A DNA stretch of 64,000 bases from Alphaproteobacteria bacterium (GTDB lineage Bacteria > Pseudomonadota > Alphaproteobacteria > RF32 > CAG-239), in NCBI GenBank assembly GCA_017479985.1, contig JAFVBL010000021.1:1390-65389 (forward strand). Direction: 5' to 3'. Below the pieces are notes generated by a model that saw only the letters and a program-made list of their open reading frames with translations, was not told where the DNA came from and made no database searches. A program made the position numbers and the translations under genes. Positions within the stretch are counted from its first letter, which is position 1. Every line of letters starts with the position of its first letter. Below, piece after piece: positions 42,468-51,865 of this stretch.

Positions 42468-43397
42468 CTAATCTGCGGTATTACGCCCTTTAAATACACC
42501 GTTTTCATAGCCCTGAATAGCCGGATTCGCGTCTGCTATATCCAAACGTTTAAGTGCCAGTGCCACATATTTACGCTCGCGCTCGATTCCCAAAAAACGT
42601 CTGCCGAGCTTTTTTGCCACCACCGCCGTCGTACCGGAACCGACAAACGGATCAAACACCATATCTCCCGCATTGCTTGAAGCAAGAATCAGCTTGGCAA
42701 TCAATTTTTCGGGCTTTTGCGTCGGATGTTCGGTATTTTCGGGCATAGACCAAAACGGCACGGTAATATCGGTCCAAATGTTAGACGGTGCGGTGTAACG
42801 CATTTTTTGCCCGTCAGTTTCCTGCCAATCTTTCGGTGCCCCTTGCGTGTCACGATACGGTGCCAACACTTTGCGTTGCACTTTTACCGCTTCCAAATTG
42901 AACGTAAATTCATCGGATTTTGTAAAATACCAAATATCCTCAAGACAATTCTTCCAATTATTTGCCGCCGCTCTGCCCTTTTCACGCTCCCACGAAATCC
43001 TATTACGCAATACAAAATACTTGGACGCAACCTCGGGAATCACAAGCGAGCTTTGCCAATCGGAACAAATATACACACTTGCATTCGGTTTCAAAATCCG
43101 TACGGTTTTTGAGAGCCATCGATCGAGCCATTTTTTATATGTCGCCATATCGGTCTGCCGAAACACATTTTTACCGAAGTTTTTGGTCAAATTATACGGC
43201 GGATCGACCACCATCAAATCGGCAAAATTATCCGGCAGATAACGCAATGCGTAAAATGTATCCTGCCAAATAATCCGATTATCAAGTTTCTCAATCTTTT
43301 TTTGCGGTGCAAATTTAACCGCTCGCCGCGCCAACGCCGTTTCTTCCCGCGGTGTCAAAACAATGGTTTTATTTCGCGGCGCCTTATATTCAGTCAC
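42468..43397 (-). CDS. Beta-class DNA methyltransferase (N6-adenine or N4-cytosine); orphan, possibly CcrM-like
   Basis: Motif IV DPPY (LMVVDPPYNL) N-terminal to motif I FDPFVGSGTT; no adjacent recognisable restriction endonuclease. Confidence 0.85.
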   Translation of the reverse strand: MTEYKAPRNKTIVLTPREETALARRAVKFAPQKKIEKLDNRIIWQDTFYALRYLPDNFADLMVVDPPYNLTKNFGKNVFRQTDMATYKKWLDRWLSKTVRILKPNASVYICSDWQSSLVIPEVASKYFVLRNRISWEREKGRAAANNWKNCLEDIWYFTKSDEFTFNLEAVKVQRKVLAPYRDTQGAPKDWQETDGQKMRYTAPSNIWTDITVPFWSMPENTEHPTQKPEKLIAKLILASSNAGDMVFDPFVGSGTTAVVAKKLGRRFLGIERERKYVALALKRLDIADANPAIQGYENGVFKGRNTAD

Positions 43398-43669
43398 GCT
43401 TCTTCACCAAAACGATTGTTAATCAATAAAGTCAAATCATCTATTGCTTTTTGCGCTTCGCTGCCGCTTGCCGTAATCCTGACGGTTGTTCCTTTGGATG
43501 CTGCCAACATCATCAGACTTAAGATAGAACTGCCATCCACTTTTTGACCGTCTTTTTCAACCGTAATTTCGGCATCCGTGTCGGCAATACACTTCACAAA
43601 AGCAGCCGCCGCACGAGCGTGCAATCCTTTTTGATTACAAATTGTCAGTTCTGTTTCAAGCACGCTCAT
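43394..43669 (-). CDS. ptsH: Phosphocarrier protein HPr (NPr-like)
   Basis: ICNQKGLHARAAAAFV (active His) and a GSS region. Confidence 0.8.
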   Translation of the reverse strand: MSVLETELTICNQKGLHARAAAAFVKCIADTDAEITVEKDGQKVDGSSILSLMMLAASKGTTVRITASGSEAQKAIDDLTLLINNRFGEEA

Positions 43670-44073
43670 TTAGAGGTCCCGCCCAACAACATTGAGGCAA
43701 CATTGATATATTTTTTGCCGGCTTCCTGTGCGGCATTTGCACATTCATTCAGCGGCATATCTTTACGCGCCGAAGCAAGCTTAATCAACATCGGCAAATT
43801 CACACCGGCAATCACATCAAAATTACCGTGTTCAATCACCGACATCGCCAAATTTGACGGCGTACCGCCGAACATATCGGTCAGCAACAACACGCCTTTG
43901 CCGGAATCCATTGCCTTGGCCTTTGCCAGAATTTCCTGCCGACGCGCATCCATATCATCTTCCGGACCGATACAGACACAAGATACTTTATCTTGTTTAC
44001 CGACAACGTGCTCCATTGCCGCCAAAAATTCCAACGCCAAATTACCGTGCGTCACAAATACCAAGCCGATCAT
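43666..44073 (-). CDS. PTS EIIA component, mannose family (ManX/PtsM-like)
   Basis: MIGLVFVTHGNLA (active His) and LLLTDMFGGTP. Internal ATG chosen so the start abuts the upstream stop; ORF track start is 44094. Confidence 0.7.
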   Translation of the reverse strand: MIGLVFVTHGNLALEFLAAMEHVVGKQDKVSCVCIGPEDDMDARRQEILAKAKAMDSGKGVLLLTDMFGGTPSNLAMSVIEHGNFDVIAGVNLPMLIKLASARKDMPLNECANAAQEAGKKYINVASMLLGGTSK

Positions 44074-44489
44074 TTTATGATACCGCCCGTCCAAGTTTTA
44101 ACGGCGCCGAAAGATTTAAGCAATTCCTCTTTACTCTTGGCGCGGAAAATTTCATCGGCACGAATACGGCGACCGTTCAATACAATATCTTCCACATTTT
44201 CCACCGCAACGGCATACACACGCACCACGACTTCACCGTGTAATTCGCAAATCATAACGACCTCGGATTCAGCCAAAACATTTTTTGTTTCAGCATCGAT
44301 ATTATCCAAAATAATCGAACGACGCTCATCACGTTTCAGCAACGCGGTTTGTTTGCCGTCAAACTGCAGAATCGGCTCTTGCGGCTCGCCGTCACGTGCA
44401 TCGATAAAAATTGCCAACTCGCCGTATTTATTTTCGATAATTTCAAAAAAGTCCTGCTTTTCCATAAGTGTATAATATTGATTTTCCAT
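44070..44489 (-). CDS. Hypothetical protein (139 aa) occupying the position where hprK usually sits
   Basis: No P-loop; no recognisable motif. Confidence 0.5.
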   Translation of the reverse strand: MENQYYTLMEKQDFFEIIENKYGELAIFIDARDGEPQEPILQFDGKQTALLKRDERRSIILDNIDAETKNVLAESEVVMICELHGEVVVRVYAVAVENVEDIVLNGRRIRADEIFRAKSKEELLKSFGAVKTWTGGIIK

Positions 44490-44584
44490 TGTTCATTCCT
44501 CGAAAAAAAATTATTCCGTTTTGCATACTTTATTACACTTTTTTACAAAAGTAAATCTTAACTTTCGATTATCCAAAAAAATGT

Positions 44585-45010
44585 GATTGGAAACAAAAAA
44601 GACAGCCATTCTTGAATGAACGACAGAGAGAACCGAAAATCTTCTCGCAGAAAAAGACGGTAATTGCGAGGAGTCGAAGACGTCCTTGAACACCCCCCGC
44701 AGAAAAAGACTGTAATTGCGAGGAGCGTCAGCGACGTGGCAATCTCCTGCCAAACAGTGTAGTGTCGTATAAAGATAAAATCATACCCCGCACGATATGG
44801 CGCAATATATTAAAGTCATACCTTGCACGGCACGGCGTGTCCGTCTTGCTACGCTTCGCTTGCTTCAGTCACTCGTTCACTAAATTCGCCTTCACTTTCG
44901 TTTTGGCTCATTAAGTGTCCTTCGCCTGTCGTCCGAAAACAACATTTTGAGGTTGTTTTTGTTCCTCCAGCATCAAGGGGGACTTTATTTTTTGCCCTAA
45001 GGCCGCGCAG
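44585..45010. repeat. Dispersed MITE-like repeat cluster (second near-full-length copy of the 7040-7375 element)
   Basis: 44811-44975 is about 97% identical to 7165-7328; upstream sub-motifs (gacggtaattgcgaggag..., gcaatctcc...acagtgtagtgtcgtataaag) match the family. Confidence 0.6.
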
Positions 45011-45087
45011 CGACGAATGAGATTATCGCGTCGGTTGCATCGCAACCTCCTCATAATGACGATTCTCTTTTTGCATTGTTTTTTGCG

Positions 45088-45310
45088 TCGTGTACAAAGC
45101 AGTATATAAGCCACTTTACCGGCACAACCTCTCTTAAAATCCGGATAGCGTGCGTAAATACGCCGATATTTTTCAACGACGTGTACAAAGCAGTACATAA
45201 GCAAAAAATTTACCGGCACTGACTTGCTAAAAATCCGGATAATGTGCTTAGTACGAAGCTGTTTTTTTGCGCGGTGTACAAAGCAGTACATAAGCAAAAA
45301 AACAGCAAGT
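45088..45310. repeat. Three tandem units of about 90 bp
   Basis: Units begin cgtgtacaaagcagta(t/c)ataagc...ccggca...aaatccggata..gtgc..; the third unit is truncated. Located 3' of accD. Confidence 0.5.
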
Positions 45311-45331
45311 AATAAGCCATTAGACTGATTT

Positions 45332-46186
45332 TTACTTTTTAAGGTGAGATGTCAGAACACGCAACACCTTCACCAACTCCGGCTTCATTTGAGAGCGTTC
45401 AACCACCATATCCACCATACCGTGTTCCAACAGATATTCGGCACGCTGAAAGCCTTCCGGCAATTTTTCGTGAATGGTTTGCTCAATCACACGCGGACCG
45501 GCAAAGCCGATGAGACAACCTTTTTCAGCCATATTGATATCACCGAGCATTGCAAAAGATGCCGACACACCGCCGGTTGTCGGGTCGGTTAAAATAGAAA
45601 TAAACGGCACACCGGCTTCTTTAAGTTCATTCACGGCAGCAGTTGTACGTGCCATTTGCATCAGCGAGAGCATACCTTCTTGCATACGTGCACCACCGGA
45701 AGATGCCACGGTGATAAACGGCTCTTTGTTTTTTAGGGCAGTATGCGCTGCCGTAACGATTCCTTCACCGACGGCCTGTCCCATTGAACCGCCCATAAAA
45801 GAAAAATCTATTGCCGCCACCACACAGGTTATACCGCCGATTTTACCGCGTGCCACCTGAATAGCATCGTTTGTGCCGTTTTTTTTTCGATTGGCTTTCA
45901 ATCTGTCGGTATATTTTTGAATATCCTTAAACTTCAGCGGGTCATCAACAATCGGCGGAAGCGACATCAATGTATATTTGTCGTTATCAAACAAAAGTCG
46001 AAAACGCTTTTCGATATACAAACGCAAATGATGACCGCAAGCCGTACACACATAAAACGATTCTTTGAGCTCGGTAGAAAACAACATCTGATTGCAACTC
46101 GGACAACGTACCCACAGGTTATCCGCAACCTCTTTCGGGGTTGTTTTTTGCATCTTCGGACGAACAATATCTGTCAACCAATTCAT
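45332..46186 (-). CDS. accD: Acetyl-CoA carboxylase carboxyltransferase subunit beta
   Basis: N-terminal Zn ribbon CPSCNQ...CTACGHH and the carboxyltransferase domain. Confidence 0.9.
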   Translation of the reverse strand: MNWLTDIVRPKMQKTTPKEVADNLWVRCPSCNQMLFSTELKESFYVCTACGHHLRLYIEKRFRLLFDNDKYTLMSLPPIVDDPLKFKDIQKYTDRLKANRKKNGTNDAIQVARGKIGGITCVVAAIDFSFMGGSMGQAVGEGIVTAAHTALKNKEPFITVASSGGARMQEGMLSLMQMARTTAAVNELKEAGVPFISILTDPTTGGVSASFAMLGDINMAEKGCLIGFAGPRVIEQTIHEKLPEGFQRAEYLLEHGMVDMVVERSQMKPELVKVLRVLTSHLKK

Positions 46187-46192
46187 AAGCGT

Positions 46193-46591
46193 TTATCCCT
46201 TTTTTGCGCCTTTGAAACCGCGCCACCAACCTGATTTTTTAGCTTTATCGGAAGATTCCGCCTGATTTTTTGCCTTTTCCTGCAATCCGACTATGTCTTG
46301 TTTCAAACCGCTGACGGTTTCATTAAGCTTAGCCTGTTCTTTGTTTAAGACACGATTCGCCTTACGCTGCTGACGCAAATCACGGCGCATCGGCGAATAC
46401 CCGAACCACGCACCGATACGACCTAAAATATAGCCGAAAATCGTGCAGCACGCCAACACCAAATGCGGATTGATAAAATATTCTTTCCACGGCGCAAAGC
46501 TGATACCGTGTTCAGAAGATGTTGCACAACACACAGCCCAAACAGCCGCGGCAACAAACGGCAATATAATCAGATAATGCAGAAATTTCAT
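46193..46591 (-). CDS. Small inner-membrane protein, LapA-like (DUF1049-type)
   Basis: Two TM helices followed by a basic/coiled-coil tail; AAGGAG SD; downstream of ihfB as in many alphaproteobacteria. Confidence 0.45.
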   Translation of the reverse strand: MKFLHYLIILPFVAAAVWAVCCATSSEHGISFAPWKEYFINPHLVLACCTIFGYILGRIGAWFGYSPMRRDLRQQRKANRVLNKEQAKLNETVSGLKQDIVGLQEKAKNQAESSDKAKKSGWWRGFKGAKKG

Positions 46592-46619
46592 TTTTTACTC
46601 CTTTGTTTTTGCGAACAAA

Positions 46620-46898
46620 TCAGGAATTTAAACGTATATGCAATTCCTTACCTGTTTTAAAATGGACAATATTTTTGGAAGGAACTTCCACCTGTTTTTT
46701 ATTTTTAGGGTTAATTGCGATTCGCGGCTTACGTTGACGCACCGAGAAAGCTCCGAAACCGCGGATTTCGACTCTGTCTCCCGCAGCCAAAGCGCTCGTC
46801 AGCTTATCAAACACCACATCGACAATATGGTCAATTTCTTTTAAGGTCAAATTCGGCATTTTTGCCGCAATTCTTTCTACTAATTCAGATCTTGTCAC
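46620..46898 (-). CDS. ihfB: Integration host factor subunit beta (HU/IHF family)
   Basis: TRSELVERIA..., GFGAFSVRQRKPRIAINPKNKKQVEVPSKNIVHFKTGKEL. GTG start with a GAGGA SD. Confidence 0.8.
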   Translation of the reverse strand: MTRSELVERIAAKMPNLTLKEIDHIVDVVFDKLTSALAAGDRVEIRGFGAFSVRQRKPRIAINPKNKKQVEVPSKNIVHFKTGKELHIRLNS

Positions 46899-46979
46899 TT
46901 TATCCTCACACAAAAAATTAAGTTAATTCAAAATTTGTAACATTATTACATCGTTCTTTTTAAGATATCCAGACAATTT

Positions 46980-47639
46980 TTACGATTTTACACAAACATC
47001 GGGGGCACGCAAATACATCGGTTTCGGATAATTAAGTTTATGCGCCTTGTATTTTTCCAGTGCACACGCGGCAATATCGCTTATTGAGGCACTTTTATCC
47101 ATACGAATCGCGTGCAACACCAAGCCGCTCGGCTTATCCAAAAAACGCTCCGCCCCGTCACCGATAAGCGTTACCGCTTTTCCCTTGAGCAGCGGCAAAA
47201 TATCCTCATACGGCAAAGCCTGCGCATCAGACAATTTTTCCAAACGACCGTTAAACAGCTGCACATAAAAATCATCGCGTTTTGTTTCTATAATCACGGC
47301 ATTCAGAGACGAAAGTTCGGATATATCAAGCGAGTGCATATATGCCTCAAATGCCGTCACACCGGTAACGGCCGTTTGCGGCGAAGCCAGCGCAAGTGCC
47401 CGAGCCGCCGCCACCGACGAACGCACACCCGTAAACGACCCCGGTCCGACACAAACGCCGAGTAAACCGATTTGCGCAAACTTCAGATTTCTTTTTGCAA
47501 GCATTTCGGCAATTTGCGGCACCAGAATTTCTGCCTGTCCGAATTCCGCCTGCATCTCAAAGCGGTCAATCACGCGATTTTCATCAAGCAACGCAATATT
47601 GCACCCGCTTGCCGTCGTATCAAATGCTAATGTGTACAT
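46980..47639 (-). CDS. tsaB: tRNA threonylcarbamoyladenosine biosynthesis protein TsaB
   Basis: MYTLAFDTTASGCNIALL... and GPGSFTGVR motifs of YeaZ/TsaB. Confidence 0.8.
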   Translation of the reverse strand: MYTLAFDTTASGCNIALLDENRVIDRFEMQAEFGQAEILVPQIAEMLAKRNLKFAQIGLLGVCVGPGSFTGVRSSVAAARALALASPQTAVTGVTAFEAYMHSLDISELSSLNAVIIETKRDDFYVQLFNGRLEKLSDAQALPYEDILPLLKGKAVTLIGDGAERFLDKPSGLVLHAIRMDKSASISDIAACALEKYKAHKLNYPKPMYLRAPDVCVKS

Positions 47640-47752
47640 TGTCGTTTTTTACCTTTAAAAATTAGGAAATATTTGTTAAAAATAATTGCTTGCTATGTTA
47701 TATAGTATAAAATAAAGCGGAGTGCAAACATTTTTTATCAAATAAAGACCTA

Positions 47753-49423
47753 ATGATGAGTATGGAACTGTTAAAACACATTATCTTATTAAGTATTGTT
47801 GTGGAAACGACAATGATTGTCGTGATTATGGCAATGCAGGTCAAAATATATAAATACCGCCGTAAAATCTATTTTATCAAACGCGACCGCGAACGTTGCA
47901 ATGAAATGCTGTTTTCGGCAAAAGACGGATATTTTTGCTTTGTGTACCCCGACCAAAAGGTCAAAGATAAACAAAAAGATATTGTCGAACGCTGTTCGCG
48001 GCGTCTGGCCGTAATGCTCGGTCTGAAAAACGGTATCGTTTCCTCCTTTGCCAATGTCCTCGACGCGTTCCATAAAGAAGACACGCGAATCTTGAAAAAA
48101 TACATTTCCCTTTTGCAGCAGGAAGGGCACGCTTTTGAGGATATTTTGCGTCTCAAAGACAGTGAACGCCTTGTTTGTGTTTACGGCAGCCGCATTAACG
48201 GCGCAGACGGCAATCATTATTGCGATGCGATATGGTTTCGTGATGTCAGTGCCGAAAACGCAAAAATAACCGCGCTTGAAAATGCCCGTCAATCCGTGCA
48301 AAATGACGTTGCCGAGCTTGAAAATATGATTGACGGTATAAACTACCCGTTGTGGCTTCGCGATGAAAACTTAAATTTAATCGCCGTCAATAAAAAATAT
48401 GTGGAATACAGCGGTGCGGCAAATAAATCCGAGGTTCTGGAAAAAGGTGTCGAACTGACCAACAACAACGGCGATTCCGTCGCCAAAAGAATTGCAACGG
48501 AAGCTCAACTCAGCAAAAAAATACAAAAGAGCCCGTTAAATATGGTGCGCGGAGGTGCACTTTATAATTATGAAATACAGGAAAATCCGTATTTCATTGC
48601 CGATAATTTAGATAAAATCGGCACCGTCGGACTTTTAACAGACCATACGGAATTGGAAAAACTTAAACGCAATTTTAAAGTCAATCAAAACAGCCATCTG
48701 GAAATTTTAGGTACACTCGGCACGGCATTTGCCATTTTTGACGGCAATATGAATCTGTTTTTCTATAATCCGGCGTTTCGCGATTTATGGAATCTTGATA
48801 ACGATTTCCTAGAAAAAACACCGACCTATCCGCAATTTTTAGATACGATTCGCGAACATAAACTCTTACCGCCGGTTCCGGATTTCAAAACTTATAAGGA
48901 AGATGAACAAAGCGTTTTCAAAGGGTTATGGGAAACAAGAGAAGACCTTTTGCATTTGCCTGACGGACGAACGATTCGGCGCTTCCGCACCCCGCACCCG
49001 AACGGCGTAATTTTTGCGTTTGAAGATGTCTCCGACCGTTTGGCGACAATGCGTCGTTTAAATGATTTGACTTCAATGCAACAGTCCATTTTAGATAATT
49101 TGAGCGATTCGGTTGTCATTTTCGGCACCAATCAGCGGCTGAAATTTTACAATCGAGCCTACCTCAAACTCTGGAGCCTTGATTTTGCAAAAATGCAGGA
49201 TGAACCGAAACTCGAAAAGATTCTCAACTATCAAAAACTGTTTTTCTCAAACGTTGCCGATTGGGATATTTTTAAGCAAAGTATGATTTCCAACATCACC
49301 GAAGGCCGAAAATTTGATTTGTTGCGTGATGACAATGTCAATATTTCCGTATCGCCGCTCATCTTCTACGACGGCTCGATAATGATTACATATACGGTCA
49401 AACCGAATAAGGAGAAAAAATAA
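47753..49423 (+). CDS. Membrane-anchored protein with PAS-like sensory repeats; no kinase or other output domain
   Basis: N-terminal TM segment (LLSIVVETTMIVVIMAMQV). Repeated roughly 110-aa segments of the form ...LDNL.D.V..FG.N..L.FYN.A...W... No H-box or ATPase motifs. Confidence 0.55.
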   Translation: MMSMELLKHIILLSIVVETTMIVVIMAMQVKIYKYRRKIYFIKRDRERCNEMLFSAKDGYFCFVYPDQKVKDKQKDIVERCSRRLAVMLGLKNGIVSSFANVLDAFHKEDTRILKKYISLLQQEGHAFEDILRLKDSERLVCVYGSRINGADGNHYCDAIWFRDVSAENAKITALENARQSVQNDVAELENMIDGINYPLWLRDENLNLIAVNKKYVEYSGAANKSEVLEKGVELTNNNGDSVAKRIATEAQLSKKIQKSPLNMVRGGALYNYEIQENPYFIADNLDKIGTVGLLTDHTELEKLKRNFKVNQNSHLEILGTLGTAFAIFDGNMNLFFYNPAFRDLWNLDNDFLEKTPTYPQFLDTIREHKLLPPVPDFKTYKEDEQSVFKGLWETREDLLHLPDGRTIRRFRTPHPNGVIFAFEDVSDRLATMRRLNDLTSMQQSILDNLSDSVVIFGTNQRLKFYNRAYLKLWSLDFAKMQDEPKLEKILNYQKLFFSNVADWDIFKQSMISNITEGRKFDLLRDDNVNISVSPLIFYDGSIMITYTVKPNKEKK

Positions 49424-50346
49424 TGTTTGACGATTCAGAAAGCAGCAAGTTGCCTCAAGCACCGGAAGAAAGCACAGAAGAAAATGCCGAAACGACATCT
49501 TTAGGCAAACGCAACAACAAAGGCTTTGATGACAGTGAACGTCTGACCCTGCGCATTGATGCGTTGGAGGCGGAAAAATATCAGGCAAAAAAAACAAAAA
49601 AAGATCCGAATAAGCTTCCGAAAAATGTCAAAAAAATCAAGACCAAAGTACGTCAGCTTGAGGACGATGATGATGAAGACGAAGATTTAATGGATCACGA
49701 TGTGATTCGTTCTTTGCGTCAGTTGCAAATCAACCAAAACGATGCGTCAAATGCCGATTCTTCGCTTATCAATGCCTTATTTGAAAACGAACGTCAGCAA
49801 ATTATGCAAAATACAAACATAGAAATTTCACGACATCAGGAAAATGCCGGTCGGCAAAACGCGTTGGAACAAGCGGATACAATGTTGCGCAAAGCCGATA
49901 TGAAACGTATGAATACGCAAGAATTTATGAATGAAATGAAAGATGCGATTTATAATCCGAGCAAATTACGCCGTGAAGCTTTGCAAGACCAGATTGCCAA
50001 ACAGATGGGTATTGAAGGAAAAATCGAAAAACGCAGTGAAGGAACGGTTATTGAAGGTGTTAAAAAGGTAAAAGAACTGAGCGGAGACAGGCAGGTTCAG
50101 CAACTTAAAATTGACGATGTTGAAAAAATCGGTGCACAAAAAATGAATCAAAACGAAACGGCCGAGCTTATACTCAAAAAATCCGGACAAACGGCCCGTC
50201 TGGCAGAACTTAAACGCGACGGCAACATTAAACAGGAAAAGCCGCACAGCCAAGAGCACGCGCAAAAAAAGGGCAGCAAGTCGTATTCGGCACAAATGAA
50301 AGAAATACTTAAAGAATCACTCAAGAAAAACGATAAGGCAAGATAA
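49423..50346 (+). CDS. Highly charged low-complexity hypothetical protein (307 aa)
   Basis: ATGA start/stop overlap with the upstream gene; D/E cluster (DDDDEDEDLMDHD) and K-rich stretches. Confidence 0.5.
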   Translation: MFDDSESSKLPQAPEESTEENAETTSLGKRNNKGFDDSERLTLRIDALEAEKYQAKKTKKDPNKLPKNVKKIKTKVRQLEDDDDEDEDLMDHDVIRSLRQLQINQNDASNADSSLINALFENERQQIMQNTNIEISRHQENAGRQNALEQADTMLRKADMKRMNTQEFMNEMKDAIYNPSKLRREALQDQIAKQMGIEGKIEKRSEGTVIEGVKKVKELSGDRQVQQLKIDDVEKIGAQKMNQNETAELILKKSGQTARLAELKRDGNIKQEKPHSQEHAQKKGSKSYSAQMKEILKESLKKNDKAR

Positions 50347-50571
50347 TACTTTATTTTGCCTTAAATATGTTTAAATAGTATAATATATTGTTTATTTCCG
50401 GCACTATTGCGGTTTATTGGACGAGTTTATCTTTCAAACCATTGTCCGTTTCAGAATTGCGTTCGTATTCCGGTTTATTTAATTACCTACACAAAAGAGA
50501 CAAAAATCTTGCATTTTGAAAATTTTTCTGATAATATGAATGGTAGATAGGATATTTTCGGAGAGATTCTG

Positions 50572-51621
50572 ATGTGTGCAAAATATGCAAGTTTGAAAGA
50601 CAGGTTATTGGCTGCTGAGGCGAGTATACGCGGTTTAGATGCGGTGAAAGACAAGTATCTACCGTTGGAACAAGATGGAGTGATATATAATCTCTATAAT
50701 CTGCCGGACGGTTTTGTGATTAAGGGTAATGTGGATTTAATGTTTAAAGGCCTGACAAAACTTCCTGATTTATCAAAGGTGATTGTTAAAGGATATTTTA
50801 CTTGCGGTAGCAATCAATTGACCACATTAGAAGGCGCGCCGCAAAAGGTCGGCAGCGGTTTTTACTGTCATTACAATCACCTGACCACATTGGAAGGTGC
50901 ACCGAAAGAAGTCGGCGGAGAGTTTTATTGCCCGGAGAATAAATTAACATCTTTAAAAGGCGTGCCACAAAAAATAGAGGGTAGTTTTAATTGCTCGGAG
51001 AATCAACTTACTTCATTGGAAGGTGCACCGCAAAAAGTTGGTGGAAATTTTAATTGCTCGGGGAATCAACTTACTTCATTGAAAGGTGCACCGCAAAAAG
51101 TTGGTGGAAATTTTAATTGCTCGTATAATCAGTTGACGTCATTGAAAGGCGTGCCACAAAAAATAGAGGGTAATTTTTATTGTTCTGATAATCAACTTAC
51201 TTCGTTGGAGGGCGCACCGGAAGAAATCAGCGGAGATTTTCACTATGAATATAATCAGCTAACAACCTGGGAGGGAGCACCGCGTGTAGTCGGCGGAGCT
51301 ATTTGGTGCTATGGCAATCAGCTGACTTCTTTGTTTGGTATATCGCAGATGAAAGATGAAAATAATATTTACAGTGATCAGGAAGTCTGCGGAAAATATG
51401 ACCTGTCCGCTTCCGGATTTACGTATGAAGAATTGCTAAATACTTCGCGATATAAGAGCGAAGCTGCGCATCGGAAAATATCCGCAGCGCAACATCAAAC
51501 AGAAGATGTAACGCCGAAAAAAGCAAAAACAGAGCTTAAAATAGAAGCTGATGCGCAAACAGAAATCGTCAGAGCAAAATTTCAGGAATGGTTAAAAAAT
51601 AAAGAATCCGAAAAAAAATAA
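50572..51621 (+). CDS. BspA-type leucine-rich repeat protein, paralog 2 (about 10 repeats)
   Basis: N-terminal LPLEQDGVIYNLYNLPDGFVIKGNVDLMFKGLTKLPDLSKV, then NQLTSLEGAPQKVGGNFNCSxNQLTSLKGAP repeats. GGAGAG SD. Confidence 0.8.
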   Translation: MCAKYASLKDRLLAAEASIRGLDAVKDKYLPLEQDGVIYNLYNLPDGFVIKGNVDLMFKGLTKLPDLSKVIVKGYFTCGSNQLTTLEGAPQKVGSGFYCHYNHLTTLEGAPKEVGGEFYCPENKLTSLKGVPQKIEGSFNCSENQLTSLEGAPQKVGGNFNCSGNQLTSLKGAPQKVGGNFNCSYNQLTSLKGVPQKIEGNFYCSDNQLTSLEGAPEEISGDFHYEYNQLTTWEGAPRVVGGAIWCYGNQLTSLFGISQMKDENNIYSDQEVCGKYDLSASGFTYEELLNTSRYKSEAAHRKISAAQHQTEDVTPKKAKTELKIEADAQTEIVRAKFQEWLKNKESEKK

Positions 51622-51639
51622 ATCACAAGAAAGAGGCCG

Positions 51640-51865
51640 TTATTCTTGGGTATAACAGTGAACCGAGGACCCCGTGCAGAAAGCGCGGTCATCGAATTTA
51701 TTAACATCTGCAAGAATGACGTGTTTTGTTTCTTTTAGTCCTTTATTCCGCCCAAGGTCACCCAATGTCTAAGAACATCGTCACGTCGCTACTCTCCTCA
51801 CGATGACCGTATTTTTCTTTGAGGTCATAATGCAAAGATTGCACAGTTTTTAGGGATATTGCTTC
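51640..51865. repeat. Partial copy of the dispersed repeat family
   Basis: gtcacgtcgctactctcctcacg and tttgaggtcataatgcaaagattgcacag match 7440-7590. Confidence 0.5.

Noticed and set aside
44911-45297. Minus-strand 128-aa ORF MLMYCFVHRAKKQ...
   Set aside because: Spans the 90-bp tandem repeats and a MITE copy; internally repetitive (MYCFVH twice) with no SD.
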